Assembly: GCA_963677065.1 (NCBI GenBank)
Contig: OY781872.1
Coordinates: 241,419 to 305,418, forward strand
Reading direction: 5' to 3'
Origin: an uncultured Methanoregula sp.
GTDB taxonomy: Archaea; Halobacteriota; Methanomicrobia; Methanomicrobiales; Methanospirillaceae
Length of the DNA stretch: 64,000 bases
Numbering within the stretch: position 1 is the stretch's first letter; every line of letters starts with the position of its first letter. A program made the translations under genes and the position numbers. The notes below the pieces were generated by a model. That model saw nothing but the letters and a program-made list of their open reading frames with translations. It was not told the DNA's origin and did not search any database. Shown piece by piece: positions 55,961-64,000 of the stretch.

Positions 55961-57317
55961 ATGTATCCCGGAGAATGCAGCCGGACACACGACCGGCAAG
56001 ATCAACCCGGCCAAAACCTGCCAGCCGATCGGCGCCATGTATGCTGCGCTCGGTATCCACGGGTGCCTGCCCCACAGCCACGGCTCGCAGGGCTGCTGCG
56101 CGTACCACCGGATGCACCTGACCCGGCATTTCCGGGACCCGGTGCTGGCCTCATCGAGCTCGTTTACCGAAGGAGCTTCCGTCTTCGGCGGGGCAGCGAA
56201 CCTCAAGACCTCGATAAAAAACATCTTCAAGATCTACAATCCCGAGATAATAGCTGTCCACACTACCTGCCTCTCGGAGACCATCGGCGACGACATCCCC
56301 AACATCATCAAACAGTCCGAGATCCCCGAGGGAAAAGTCGTCATCCACATCAACACCCCGAGTTACCAGGGCTCCCATATCACCGGTTTCTCCGGCATGT
56401 GCAAAGCCATGGTCTCGTACCTGGCCCGGAATGACGGAACGCAGAAAGATCAGGTCAATATCCTGCCGGGATTTGTCAACCCCGGCGATATGCGGGAGAT
56501 CCGGCGGATCGTAGGAGAACTCGGAATTAAAATGATCATGTTCCCGGACACCTCCGGTGTCCTCGACACCCCGCTGACCAGTAAGTATCAGATGTATCCC
56601 GAGGGCGGCGCAACGATTGATGAGATCCGCGATGCCGGCAACTCGGCCCTGACCCTCGCCCTTGGGTCGTTTGCCTCGAACGATGCGGCCGAAGTCCTGC
56701 AGGAGAAATGCGGTGTCACCGGTATCCCGCTCAAACTGCCCATAGGTCTCAAAGCAACGGACGACTTCATCATGGCCCTCAAAAACTGGTTCGGCGTCGA
56801 GGTCAAAAAGTCCCTCACGATCGAACGGGGCCAGGTAGTCGATACGCTGATCGACACCCACTTCCACTACCAGGGCAAGAGCGTTGCCATCTTCGGCGAC
56901 CCGGACCATGTGATCGCGCTCACCGAATTCGTGCTCACGATGGGCATGATCCCGAAATACGTCCTGACCGGTACCCCGGGTAAAGCATTCGAACCGGAAA
57001 TCCGGAAGATGCTCGAAGAAGCAGGTATCACCGGCGCGAAAGTCAAAGCGGAAGGCGATCTCTTCGAGCTCCACCAGTGGATCAAGGAAGAGAAAGTGGA
57101 TCTCCTGATAGGCACGAGCTATGGCAAGTACATTGCCCGGGCCGAGGACATCCCGCTTGTCCGGGTCGGCTTTCCCGTTCTGGACCGGGCAGTCCACCCC
57201 CTGATGCCGGTTGTCGGGTACCGGGGATGCCTGCGCCTGATAGAGCAGATCTCAAATGCGCTCCTGGAACGGCGGGACCGCGACTGCCTTGACGAGGACT
57301 ACGAACTGGTATTGTAA
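55953..57317 (+). CDS. nifK: nitrogenase molybdenum-iron protein beta chain
   Basis: The ATG at 55953 overlaps the nifD stop, with a TTG at 55935 also in frame. CQPIGAMYAALGIHGCLPHSHGSQGCC. Confidence 0.9.
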   Translation: MLECIPENAAGHTTGKINPAKTCQPIGAMYAALGIHGCLPHSHGSQGCCAYHRMHLTRHFRDPVLASSSSFTEGASVFGGAANLKTSIKNIFKIYNPEIIAVHTTCLSETIGDDIPNIIKQSEIPEGKVVIHINTPSYQGSHITGFSGMCKAMVSYLARNDGTQKDQVNILPGFVNPGDMREIRRIVGELGIKMIMFPDTSGVLDTPLTSKYQMYPEGGATIDEIRDAGNSALTLALGSFASNDAAEVLQEKCGVTGIPLKLPIGLKATDDFIMALKNWFGVEVKKSLTIERGQVVDTLIDTHFHYQGKSVAIFGDPDHVIALTEFVLTMGMIPKYVLTGTPGKAFEPEIRKMLEEAGITGAKVKAEGDLFELHQWIKEEKVDLLIGTSYGKYIARAEDIPLVRVGFPVLDRAVHPLMPVVGYRGCLRLIEQISNALLERRDRDCLDEDYELVL

Positions 57318-57357
57318 AAAAATTATCAGCAAAAACAAGTTTGACGGAGGAAACGAG

Positions 57358-58743
57358 ATGGAGGATAGTTGTACCCTGCCGGCAGCACAGCCGGCGGCCT
57401 GCATCAGCGAACGCGAACAGTCCATCATCACCGCAGGCAAGAGCAAGACCGCTATCCACTGCGCAGACGACAGCCTGGCCGGCTCGGTGAGCCAGCGGGC
57501 CTGCGTCTTCTGCGGGGCCCGGGTTGTCTTAAACCCGGTAACGGATGCGGCCCACCTGGTCCACGGCCCGATAGGCTGCGCAACGTACACCTGGGATATC
57601 CGGGGCAGCCTTTCAAGCGGGCCCGAGATGTACCGCAACAGCTTCTCGACCGACATGAAAGAGCGCGACGTGGTCTTTGGCGGCGAGAAGAAACTGGCCT
57701 CCTGTATCGACGAGATCGTGGAGAAGTACCACCCGCCGGCCATCTTCGTATATGCAACCTGCGTCACCGGCATGATCGGCGACGATATCGTGGCCGTCTG
57801 CAAAGAAGCCTCACGCCACCATGCGATCGATGTGATTCCCGTTGAGTCGAGCGGCTTCATCTCCGGCAACAAAGTGGTCGGGTACCGGGCCGCTGCCGTT
57901 GCCCTGATGAAACTCATCACGCCGAAGGAGGGCGAACAGGTCGAAAAGACCCGGAAGCTCAACTTCCTCGGGGAGTACAATCTCGGCGGCGAGACCTGGC
58001 TTACCAAACGCTACCTCCGGGAGATGGGCATCGAGATCAATGTCGCCTTCACCGGTGACTCAACCGTTGCAGCGCTCAAACAGGCGCCCGGCGCGTGCTT
58101 AAACCTGGTCCAATGCACCGGGTCCATGCACTGGGTTGCGATGCAGCTCGAAAAGACGTTTGGGACCCCGTTCATGGATGTCAACTTCTTCGGGGCGGAG
58201 AACACCGCAGAAAGCCTCCGGAAGATCGCCCGGTTCTATGATGACCCGGAGATAACGGAGCGGACCGAGGCACTCATCGAGCGGGAGATGGCAACGATCC
58301 GGCCGGAGATCGAACGCTACCGCGGAAAACTTGCCGGCAAACGGGCAGCGATCTACGTGGGCGGGGCCTACAAGGCAGTTGCCATCATCCGGCAGCTCCG
58401 CGAGCTCGGGATGGAGATCGTAATCACCGGCACCCAGACCGGCAAGAAAGAAGAGTATGCAGCGATCAGCGGGATGCTCGATGAAGGCGCAATCGTGGTC
58501 GACGATGCGAACCCGGCCGAGATCGAAAAATTCCTGCTGGAGAAGAAGGTCGATGTCATGGCCGGTGGTGTCAAGGAGCGGGTGCTTGCCTACAAACTGG
58601 GCATCGGCTTTGTTGACCACAACCATGACCGGAAGGAATGCCTTGCCGGTTTCGAAGGGGCCGTCACGTTTGCCCGCGAGGTGTACGTAACCACGTGTTC
58701 ACCGGTCTGGAAACACCTGCGGCCCGAAGCCGGGGGTGCATGA
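57358..58743 (+). CDS. nifE: nitrogenase cofactor biosynthesis scaffold NifE
   Basis: ATG at 57358 preceded by GGAGG. NifD-like fold with ACVFCGARVVLNPVTDAAHLVHGPIGCATY. Confidence 0.9.
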   Translation: MEDSCTLPAAQPAACISEREQSIITAGKSKTAIHCADDSLAGSVSQRACVFCGARVVLNPVTDAAHLVHGPIGCATYTWDIRGSLSSGPEMYRNSFSTDMKERDVVFGGEKKLASCIDEIVEKYHPPAIFVYATCVTGMIGDDIVAVCKEASRHHAIDVIPVESSGFISGNKVVGYRAAAVALMKLITPKEGEQVEKTRKLNFLGEYNLGGETWLTKRYLREMGIEINVAFTGDSTVAALKQAPGACLNLVQCTGSMHWVAMQLEKTFGTPFMDVNFFGAENTAESLRKIARFYDDPEITERTEALIEREMATIRPEIERYRGKLAGKRAAIYVGGAYKAVAIIRQLRELGMEIVITGTQTGKKEEYAAISGMLDEGAIVVDDANPAEIEKFLLEKKVDVMAGGVKERVLAYKLGIGFVDHNHDRKECLAGFEGAVTFAREVYVTTCSPVWKHLRPEAGGA

Positions 58744-60134
58744 TGGCGCCCGTCCGGACTGCCGGCAGTGTCCGGCAGGTGAACGAGAACCAGTGCCAGC
58801 AGTGCATGCCGCTTGGCGGAGTTATCGCGTTCAAAGGGATCGCGGGAGCAATGGCGCTCGTCCACGGTTCGCAGGGCTGTAGTACCTACATGAGACTGAC
58901 AAATGTCGAGCATTACAACGAGCCGGTGGATATCGCATCCTCGTCCTTGAACGAGAAACAGACTATCCATGGCGGCGAGGCGAACCTGAAAAAAGCGCTC
59001 GACAACGTGAGCCGGGTCTATGCCCCGTCCGTGATCGGCGTCCTGACCACCTGCCTTGCCGAGACCATGGGCGAGGATCTCGACCGGATCATAAGGGACT
59101 ACAAAAACGAGCGGGGTCCGGCCGGTGCCGATATCATACCGGTGCCAACACCCAGCTACAGCGGCAGCCACACGGAAGGGTTCTGGGCGGCAACAAAAGC
59201 CATCATCGCCCATTATGCCCGGCCAACGGAGCCGCACCGGCGGATCAATGTCATCATCCCGCACATCAGCCCTGCCGATATCCGGGAGATCAAACGGATC
59301 CTCTCACTCATGGGGCTCGCGTACACCCTCATTCCGGATTACTCGATGACGCTCGACCGGCCGTATGGCGGGAAATACCAGAAGATCCCGTCGGGCGGGA
59401 CACAACCGGCGGAGATCGCAGCCATGCCGGGGGCGCCGCTCACGATCCAGTTCGGGGAGACCTGCCCGGACGAACTCTCGCCGGGGCTCTGGCTTCAGCA
59501 GGAGTACGGCGTCCCGCTCGTAAACCTGCCCCTGCCCATCGGGCTCCAAGCAACCGATCGTCTCATGGAACTCCTGCAGAAACTCAGCGGGCGGAGCCTG
59601 CCTGAATCTCTCGCAACCGAACGCGGCTGGCTTCTCGACGGGATGGCGGATGCCCACAAGTACAATGCAGAAGGCAGGCCGGTCATCTACGGCGAGCCGG
59701 AACTCGTGTACGCCATGACCCGGGTCTGCGCCGAGAATGGTGCGGACCCTGCGGTCATTGCCAGCGGGACCCGGAACAGCCGGCTTTCCCTCTGCCTTGA
59801 ACCGCTTCTCGCGGGGCTGGATGAGCAGCCGGTCATCCTTGAAGAGACGGATTTCGCAACGATTGAGAGTGCGGTCTTAAAAACAGGAGCAAATATCGCG
59901 ATCGGCCATTCGGGCGGGAAGTTCTTGACCGAGCGGCACAGCATCCCGCTTGTCCGCATAGGTTTTCCCGTCCATGACCGGATCGGGGGCCAGCGGATCC
60001 TCTCGGCCGGCTATGCAGGTACGCTCGCCCTTATCGACCGTCTTACGAACACCCTGCAGGAAGCCAAGTATGCCACATACCGCCAGCTCCGCAGGGAAGA
60101 GATGAACGCTATCCACATAACGGAAGGTATCTGA
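58740..60134 (+). CDS. nifN: nitrogenase cofactor biosynthesis scaffold NifN
   Basis: ATGA overlap with nifE. NifK-like CMPLGGVIAFKGIAGAMALVHGSQGCSTY. Confidence 0.85.
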   Translation: MMAPVRTAGSVRQVNENQCQQCMPLGGVIAFKGIAGAMALVHGSQGCSTYMRLTNVEHYNEPVDIASSSLNEKQTIHGGEANLKKALDNVSRVYAPSVIGVLTTCLAETMGEDLDRIIRDYKNERGPAGADIIPVPTPSYSGSHTEGFWAATKAIIAHYARPTEPHRRINVIIPHISPADIREIKRILSLMGLAYTLIPDYSMTLDRPYGGKYQKIPSGGTQPAEIAAMPGAPLTIQFGETCPDELSPGLWLQQEYGVPLVNLPLPIGLQATDRLMELLQKLSGRSLPESLATERGWLLDGMADAHKYNAEGRPVIYGEPELVYAMTRVCAENGADPAVIASGTRNSRLSLCLEPLLAGLDEQPVILEETDFATIESAVLKTGANIAIGHSGGKFLTERHSIPLVRIGFPVHDRIGGQRILSAGYAGTLALIDRLTNTLQEAKYATYRQLRREEMNAIHITEGI

Positions 60135-60135
60135 A

Positions 60136-60444
60136 ATGCAAAAACCGAAGTATCACATTTTCGTCTGCACCAGCTCCCGGGCCAACGGGCAGCAGAAAGG
60201 GTTCTGCCATGCGAAGACCAGTGTCGAGGTCATGGCAAAATTCATGGAAGAGATCGAAGAACGCGGCATCACGGGGGAGGTCTTCCTCTCCAACACCGGC
60301 TGTTTTGGCATCTGCGAGAAAGGCCCCGTTGTCGTAGTCTACCCCGACAATGTCTGGTACGGGTCGGTGACGCCCGATGACGTGGCCGAGATCCTCGACC
60401 AGCACATCGAAGGCGGGACACCGGTGGAACGCCTTGCCCTGTGA
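60136..60444 (+). CDS. thioredoxin-like [2Fe-2S] ferredoxin
   Basis: 102 aa with Cys spacing C-x12-C-x31-C-x3-C (FVCTSS, GFCHAK, TGCFGIC). It starts 1 nt after the nifN stop. Confidence 0.8.
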   Translation: MQKPKYHIFVCTSSRANGQQKGFCHAKTSVEVMAKFMEEIEERGITGEVFLSNTGCFGICEKGPVVVVYPDNVWYGSVTPDDVAEILDQHIEGGTPVERLAL

Positions 60445-60458
60445 GGGCAGGAGCTATC

Positions 60459-61094
60459 ATGTGTATTGCAGAGATCGCAACATTCCTTGGTGAAGAAGGC
60501 ACAACAATCCCGCTGAACGAGCCGGGTACTGTCACGGTATTCCGGCGGGAGCGGGGCGCCTGGGTAAAGAGCCGGGAGAGAGCTTTCGCACTCAACCCGG
60601 CCCATGGCCTGCGGGAACTCAGGCAGGATGTCAGCGGGCTCTTAGAGTTTTTTGGAGGCTGCCGGGTTCTTGTGGTGAAATCGGCCAGCGGGGCATTATA
60701 TTTCGAGCTTGAAAAGGCCCGGTGTTCCATCTGGGAAATTTCCGGCGTTCCAAAGGAATTCCTTGACGAAGTCTGGCACGACGAGAAGGCAAGCGAGGAG
60801 ACCCTCTCCCTGCCGGCAGATGCCGGCATTCCCTCGCCGCTCGAGATATCCCCGGGCAGATTCTCCATATCCATCCTGGAGATCCAGGGAAAACGGCCCG
60901 AAGTGAGCAGCAAGCAGGTGCTCCAGAGGTTCGTGCAGCAGGGTGCGTTCTTGGAGCTCGAGATCGTATGCGATCATATGCCGCCCTGGATCGAGATGGA
61001 AGCGGAGCGTCGCGGGATCCGAATTGAGACCACGTATGCCGGCCCGCATGAAGTCCGGGTCGTACTCAGGACATCGCAGGAAGGAGCGTGCTGA
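60459..61094 (+). CDS. AnfO-like nitrogenase accessory protein (tentative)
   Basis: ATG at 60459 preceded by AGGAG, giving 211 aa. The N-terminal pattern IAEIATFLGEEGTTIPLNEPGTVTVF...GAW...GLRELRQDV...CRVLVVKSASGALYFELE...WEISG resembles AnfO as I recall it. It does not look like NifX. Confidence 0.5.
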   Translation: MCIAEIATFLGEEGTTIPLNEPGTVTVFRRERGAWVKSRERAFALNPAHGLRELRQDVSGLLEFFGGCRVLVVKSASGALYFELEKARCSIWEISGVPKEFLDEVWHDEKASEETLSLPADAGIPSPLEISPGRFSISILEIQGKRPEVSSKQVLQRFVQQGAFLELEIVCDHMPPWIEMEAERRGIRIETTYAGPHEVRVVLRTSQEGAC

Positions 61095-61126
61095 CAAGGG
61101 AGAAAATGCCGGGATACCTGATGATT

Positions 61127-61326
61127 CACCTGCCGGTTTGACCGGACAATACCAAGCCCGGATAATTCTTTTTGCGCATCCGGTTTTGGCGGACAATAAC
61201 AAAACCGGATACCTTTTTTGTTCACCGGTTTCTTCCGGATTTTACCGGACATTACCAATACCCGACAACGTCTTATTCACCGGTCGTCTGCCGGACAAAA
61301 ACAGAACCCGAAAAACTGCATTTTTG
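61127..61326 (+). repeat. four degenerate tandem repeats (periods about 50, 46 and 55 bp)
   Basis: Units start at 61127, 61177, 61223 and 61278. Each has CA(C/T)C-CGGT, then a short CCGG-N5-7-C(C/G)GG inverted repeat, then a core CGGACA(A/T)(T/A)A(C/A)CA(A/G)..CCG(G)A. Most end in a T-run. Confidence 0.7.
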
Positions 61327-61402
61327 AATCGCCAGCGGGATCCGGATCCTGCAGATCCTGCATCGACTGCCGGAGACATGCCGGCCTGCACTGCCGCATC
61401 AC

Positions 61403-62110
61403 TCAGGGCTGTGCTTCCGGTTCCGGCTCCGGTTCCGGGGCCGGCGGACAATCGTACGAGAGGCCGACAAAGAGGATGACCGGAACAAGATAGAGGAACA
61501 TGGCCGGCACTTTCGAAAACGTGACATACCACCCGTCAAGGACCATCCCCACGAGGGCTGTTGCCGGGAAGAGGAGCGTACGCACCGAGAGGTTCCGGAT
61601 CACCCGGGGGTCGATGACGGAAACGCACAGCCGGGGGGATGTTGTCACGTACCGCCAGAGAAGGTACACGAGGCTGCCGGCAATCAAGATATTGACATGG
61701 AGGATGATGCCGTACGGGACGGGGGCTGCCGACAGCGCATAGAGGAGCGAGGTCAAGGGTATGAAGAGAAGCGAGAGGAGGAAGAGAAACGTCAGGCAGA
61801 CCATGACCCGGTCGATGATCCGGTTGCAGCCCATGATCTCGAAGAACTGGATATAGAAGAACGCGAGGATGATGAAGAGAAAGAGGAAACTGATCCCGTC
61901 GTTGACGATGTTTCCCAGATAAGAGCCGAAGAAGACCGCTTCGTCCGTTGGAACGCTTGCCGGGAGTTGTATGTTGTTGCGGACAATCAGGGTTATCGCA
62001 AACGCAAAGACACCGTTGACGAGAATCTCGAACATGTCCTTGGGAACCACCCCGTCTTTTTTCTCCCGGGACATGCCCGCGTTCTCAGCAGTACCTTTAT
62101 CCCCGGTCAT
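61403..62110 (-). CDS. DUF1211/TMEM175-like membrane protein, paralog B
   Basis: 235 aa. The first helix FEILVNGVFAFAITLIV resembles the DUF1211 signature (R..AFSDGVFAIAITLLV), with LVN replacing FSD. C-terminal PAPEPEPEPEA tail. The family call is tentative. Confidence 0.55.
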   Translation of the reverse strand: MTGDKGTAENAGMSREKKDGVVPKDMFEILVNGVFAFAITLIVRNNIQLPASVPTDEAVFFGSYLGNIVNDGISFLFLFIILAFFYIQFFEIMGCNRIIDRVMVCLTFLFLLSLLFIPLTSLLYALSAAPVPYGIILHVNILIAGSLVYLLWRYVTTSPRLCVSVIDPRVIRNLSVRTLLFPATALVGMVLDGWYVTFSKVPAMFLYLVPVILFVGLSYDCPPAPEPEPEPEAQP

Positions 62111-62754
62111 AGGTTATCCCTCAGGAATTTTTTTGCCCGTCCGGCCAGCCCGGTCCCGGTGATGGCAAGGACGAGCATGGTAACGAAATACAGATACTGG
62201 GTATCGGGGAGATCAAAATAGACCATCAGGCATCCCGCCACCGCAAAGGCCGGGATGAGCAGCACAATTAAGTCGGTGCTGGTCCGTTCGCCCGCCGTAA
62301 CGCCGGGCCCGATAAGATACGGATTTTTGATGCAATGCCACCATTCAAGGGCAATCAGGATCCCGATCGCGAGCATGTTCAAGTGAAAGAGGTAAAAGAC
62401 ATCCGGGATGCTCGAGAAGAGGAGGGCGTGCTGGCTTGTGATCGGGATGAAGATGATGAACATCAAAAGGCTGAAGTGGAGGTAGAGGTACCCCCGGTCG
62501 AAGAGCCGGTACTGGTGGAAGACATGGAACACGATAATCCAGATCATCGCAAGGATCAAAAAGACGTTGAGAAAATTGACAATGATGGGAGACTGCATAA
62601 GCCCGAACTGGTCTGCCGTGGCATTTGCCACCCAGTCATCGTACGTCGGGGTCCGGATATTCCGGAAGAGGAGGAAAAAGGCAAAGACAAAGATGGTGTT
62701 GGTGAGCCGCCCGATGTTGGTCTTCGTCACCGGCCCTTCGGCATCTCTTTGCAT
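62107..62754 (-). CDS. DUF1211/TMEM175-like membrane protein, paralog A
   Basis: 215 aa with an ATGA overlap with the downstream paralog. First helix GRLTNTIFVFAFFLLF. Confidence 0.55.
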   Translation of the reverse strand: MQRDAEGPVTKTNIGRLTNTIFVFAFFLLFRNIRTPTYDDWVANATADQFGLMQSPIIVNFLNVFLILAMIWIIVFHVFHQYRLFDRGYLYLHFSLLMFIIFIPITSQHALLFSSIPDVFYLFHLNMLAIGILIALEWWHCIKNPYLIGPGVTAGERTSTDLIVLLIPAFAVAGCLMVYFDLPDTQYLYFVTMLVLAITGTGLAGRAKKFLRDNL

Positions 62755-63274
62755 ATCGTCTTATTTCTCTATCCTTGGACGAGATAAGGATCGCGATGGG
62801 CAAAGGTCATGGAGGAGACCCCGTAAAAACCGGAAGCGGTCATCCGGAAAAAAATTCTGCCGGTTATTACCGGCCTCTCATGAAAGGATTCTTCCGGCTT
62901 ATCCCATTCCGCCCCTGCAGATGCCCCCCCAGCATCCGTTTGCAGGAGTTGTGAGTGCAGCCTGCTGGATCGGGAGGTCGACGGCAAAATACCACCCGAA
63001 TGCCACGAAGGTCCCGATAACGGCAAGTCCCAGGATGAACAGTACAAGGTTTTTCATTGCATCAGATTGTTGTGCTCCGGTCATTGAATTCACGCCATAC
63101 AATTTGTTCATAACAATTGCTTTTCCCGGATAATATCTCTTCGTGAGCCGGGAGGTAAAGGGATCTTCCGCCACCTCTGCGTCTGGGTGAGATGAAGTCA
63201 TTGTTCTTTGAACTAACCCTCCCCAAACGAAAATACGCCCTATAAGGGCCCGGATTGCTGTTTTTGGGTTGTGA

Positions 63275-63497
63275 CCCATTCCGGAAAACCCCGCATTTCG
63301 CTCCGTTTCTGTTCACGTGGAGAATACGCCAGCATCTTGCCCCGTTTGCCAAAATACGGCTGAAATGCACCTCGTAGAATGGCCCATAATGGCCTTCCGG
63401 CAGGGGTTTTTCCGGGCAGGTTGTTTCCCCAATCCGGACTAAGAAACGCCACCAGAAAGCGAATACGAGGGCCGGTTTTTCCGGGGAGTAACAAAAA
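63275..63497. repeat. dispersed non-coding repeat, diverged copy 3
   Basis: Same orientation as copies 1 and 2. Shared blocks are GCTCCGTTTC, CACG.GGA.AAT..GCCA.C, GGCCTTCC, AGAAA.GCC..CAGAA.GCGAATA.GA and GTTTTTC. It appears to carry two internal deletions. It ends a few nt from the nikR stop. Confidence 0.55.
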
Positions 63498-63504
63498 AAG
63501 TGGA

Positions 63505-63921
63505 CTAGTCCTCAATCGATATCGTGGTCAGTTTCACCGACTCGACACCCTTGTGCGACATCAGCTTCTCGGCAAGGGCCTTGAGCTGGGATCCATCGCC
63601 ATGGACCAGGATGACTTCCAGGCACCGCTCATGGGTCACATGGGAATGGAGGGAGGCCTTGATGATATCGTGGTACTCGTGCTCGACCTCGGTAATGGAT
63701 GAGAGGAGATTGCGCTGCTCGTGGTCGTAGACCATCGTGATGACGCCCTCGCGTTCGCCCTTGACATCGGACATCCATTTGTAATACGTGATGTACGTGC
63801 GGATTGCATCGCGGATACCTTCCGAGCGCGACGAGTACCCGCGATAGTTCAGGATTTCATCGAACCGGTCGAGCAGGTTCTTCGGCAGTGATATTCCGAT
63901 ACGGGAGAGATCGTCATCCAT
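63505..63921 (-). CDS. nikR: nickel-responsive ribbon-helix-helix regulator
   Basis: 138 aa. RHH N-terminus RIGISLPKNLLDRFDE...GYSSRSEGIRDAIR. ACT-like C-domain with metal-binding His and Cys (HSHVTHERCLEVILVHG). Confidence 0.9.
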   Translation of the reverse strand: MDDDLSRIGISLPKNLLDRFDEILNYRGYSSRSEGIRDAIRTYITYYKWMSDVKGEREGVITMVYDHEQRNLLSSITEVEHEYHDIIKASLHSHVTHERCLEVILVHGDGSQLKALAEKLMSHKGVESVKLTTISIED

Positions 63922-64000
63922 GGATTAACTCACCAATGATGGAAATATCTTTGCTGATAGGCTTTTAATGTTTTGAAAAAAAGCGCGGAGAGTGTTACTC

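Noticed and set aside
61127-61326. CRISPR array
   Set aside because: The units are only loosely similar. Their periods vary between 46 and 55 bp, there are no unique spacers between identical repeats, and no cas genes are nearby.

Overview
This is a chromosomal window from a GC-rich methanogenic archaeon. Placing it in Methanomicrobiales is my inference from gene content: family-B DNA polymerase, XPD helicase, NifI1/NifI2, geranylgeranyl reductase and membrane-PAS sensor kinases. No rRNA, tRNA or CRISPR array was recognised.

Gene content from left to right:
- a STAS / RsbW-like partner-switching module
- crcB-crcB-DUF190 (fluoride export)
- a membrane protein plus XRE regulator pair
- a secreted repeat protein
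- a nitrogen block: glnA divergent from amt-glnK, followed by an extra nifI1/nifI2-like PII pair
- an accessory-looking run of minus-strand genes: a six-gene operon of small coiled-coil, transmembrane and zinc-ribbon proteins, then LEA_2 and HdeD
- an AdiA/LdcI-type decarboxylase translationally coupled to a GadC-type antiporter
- MscS, a second HdeD, geranylgeranyl reductase, a hybrid sensor kinase, DedA and a P-type cation ATPase
- a DtxR-type regulator followed by cbiQ-O-M-N
- an RNB-family exoribonuclease, cheC, xpd-ogt and mobA
- two tandem paralogous sensors
- pyrK-pyrD, mdh, polB and uvrB
- a complete Mo-type nitrogenase operon, nifH-I1-I2-D-K-E-N, followed by a [2Fe-2S] ferredoxin and an AnfO-like gene
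- two DUF1211-like membrane proteins and nikR

The best candidate for an undescribed system is the operon at 13143-15311. Non-genic signals include:
- a dispersed non-coding repeat of about 290 bp in three same-orientation copies
- a perfect 17-bp palindrome in front of the DtxR-type regulator
- four degenerate tandem repeats of about 50 bp after the nif operon
- an 880-bp gene-free, hairpin-dense spacer between polB and uvrB

All calls rest on reading the ORF translations and the DNA by eye. Family names are recalled knowledge, and no searches were run.
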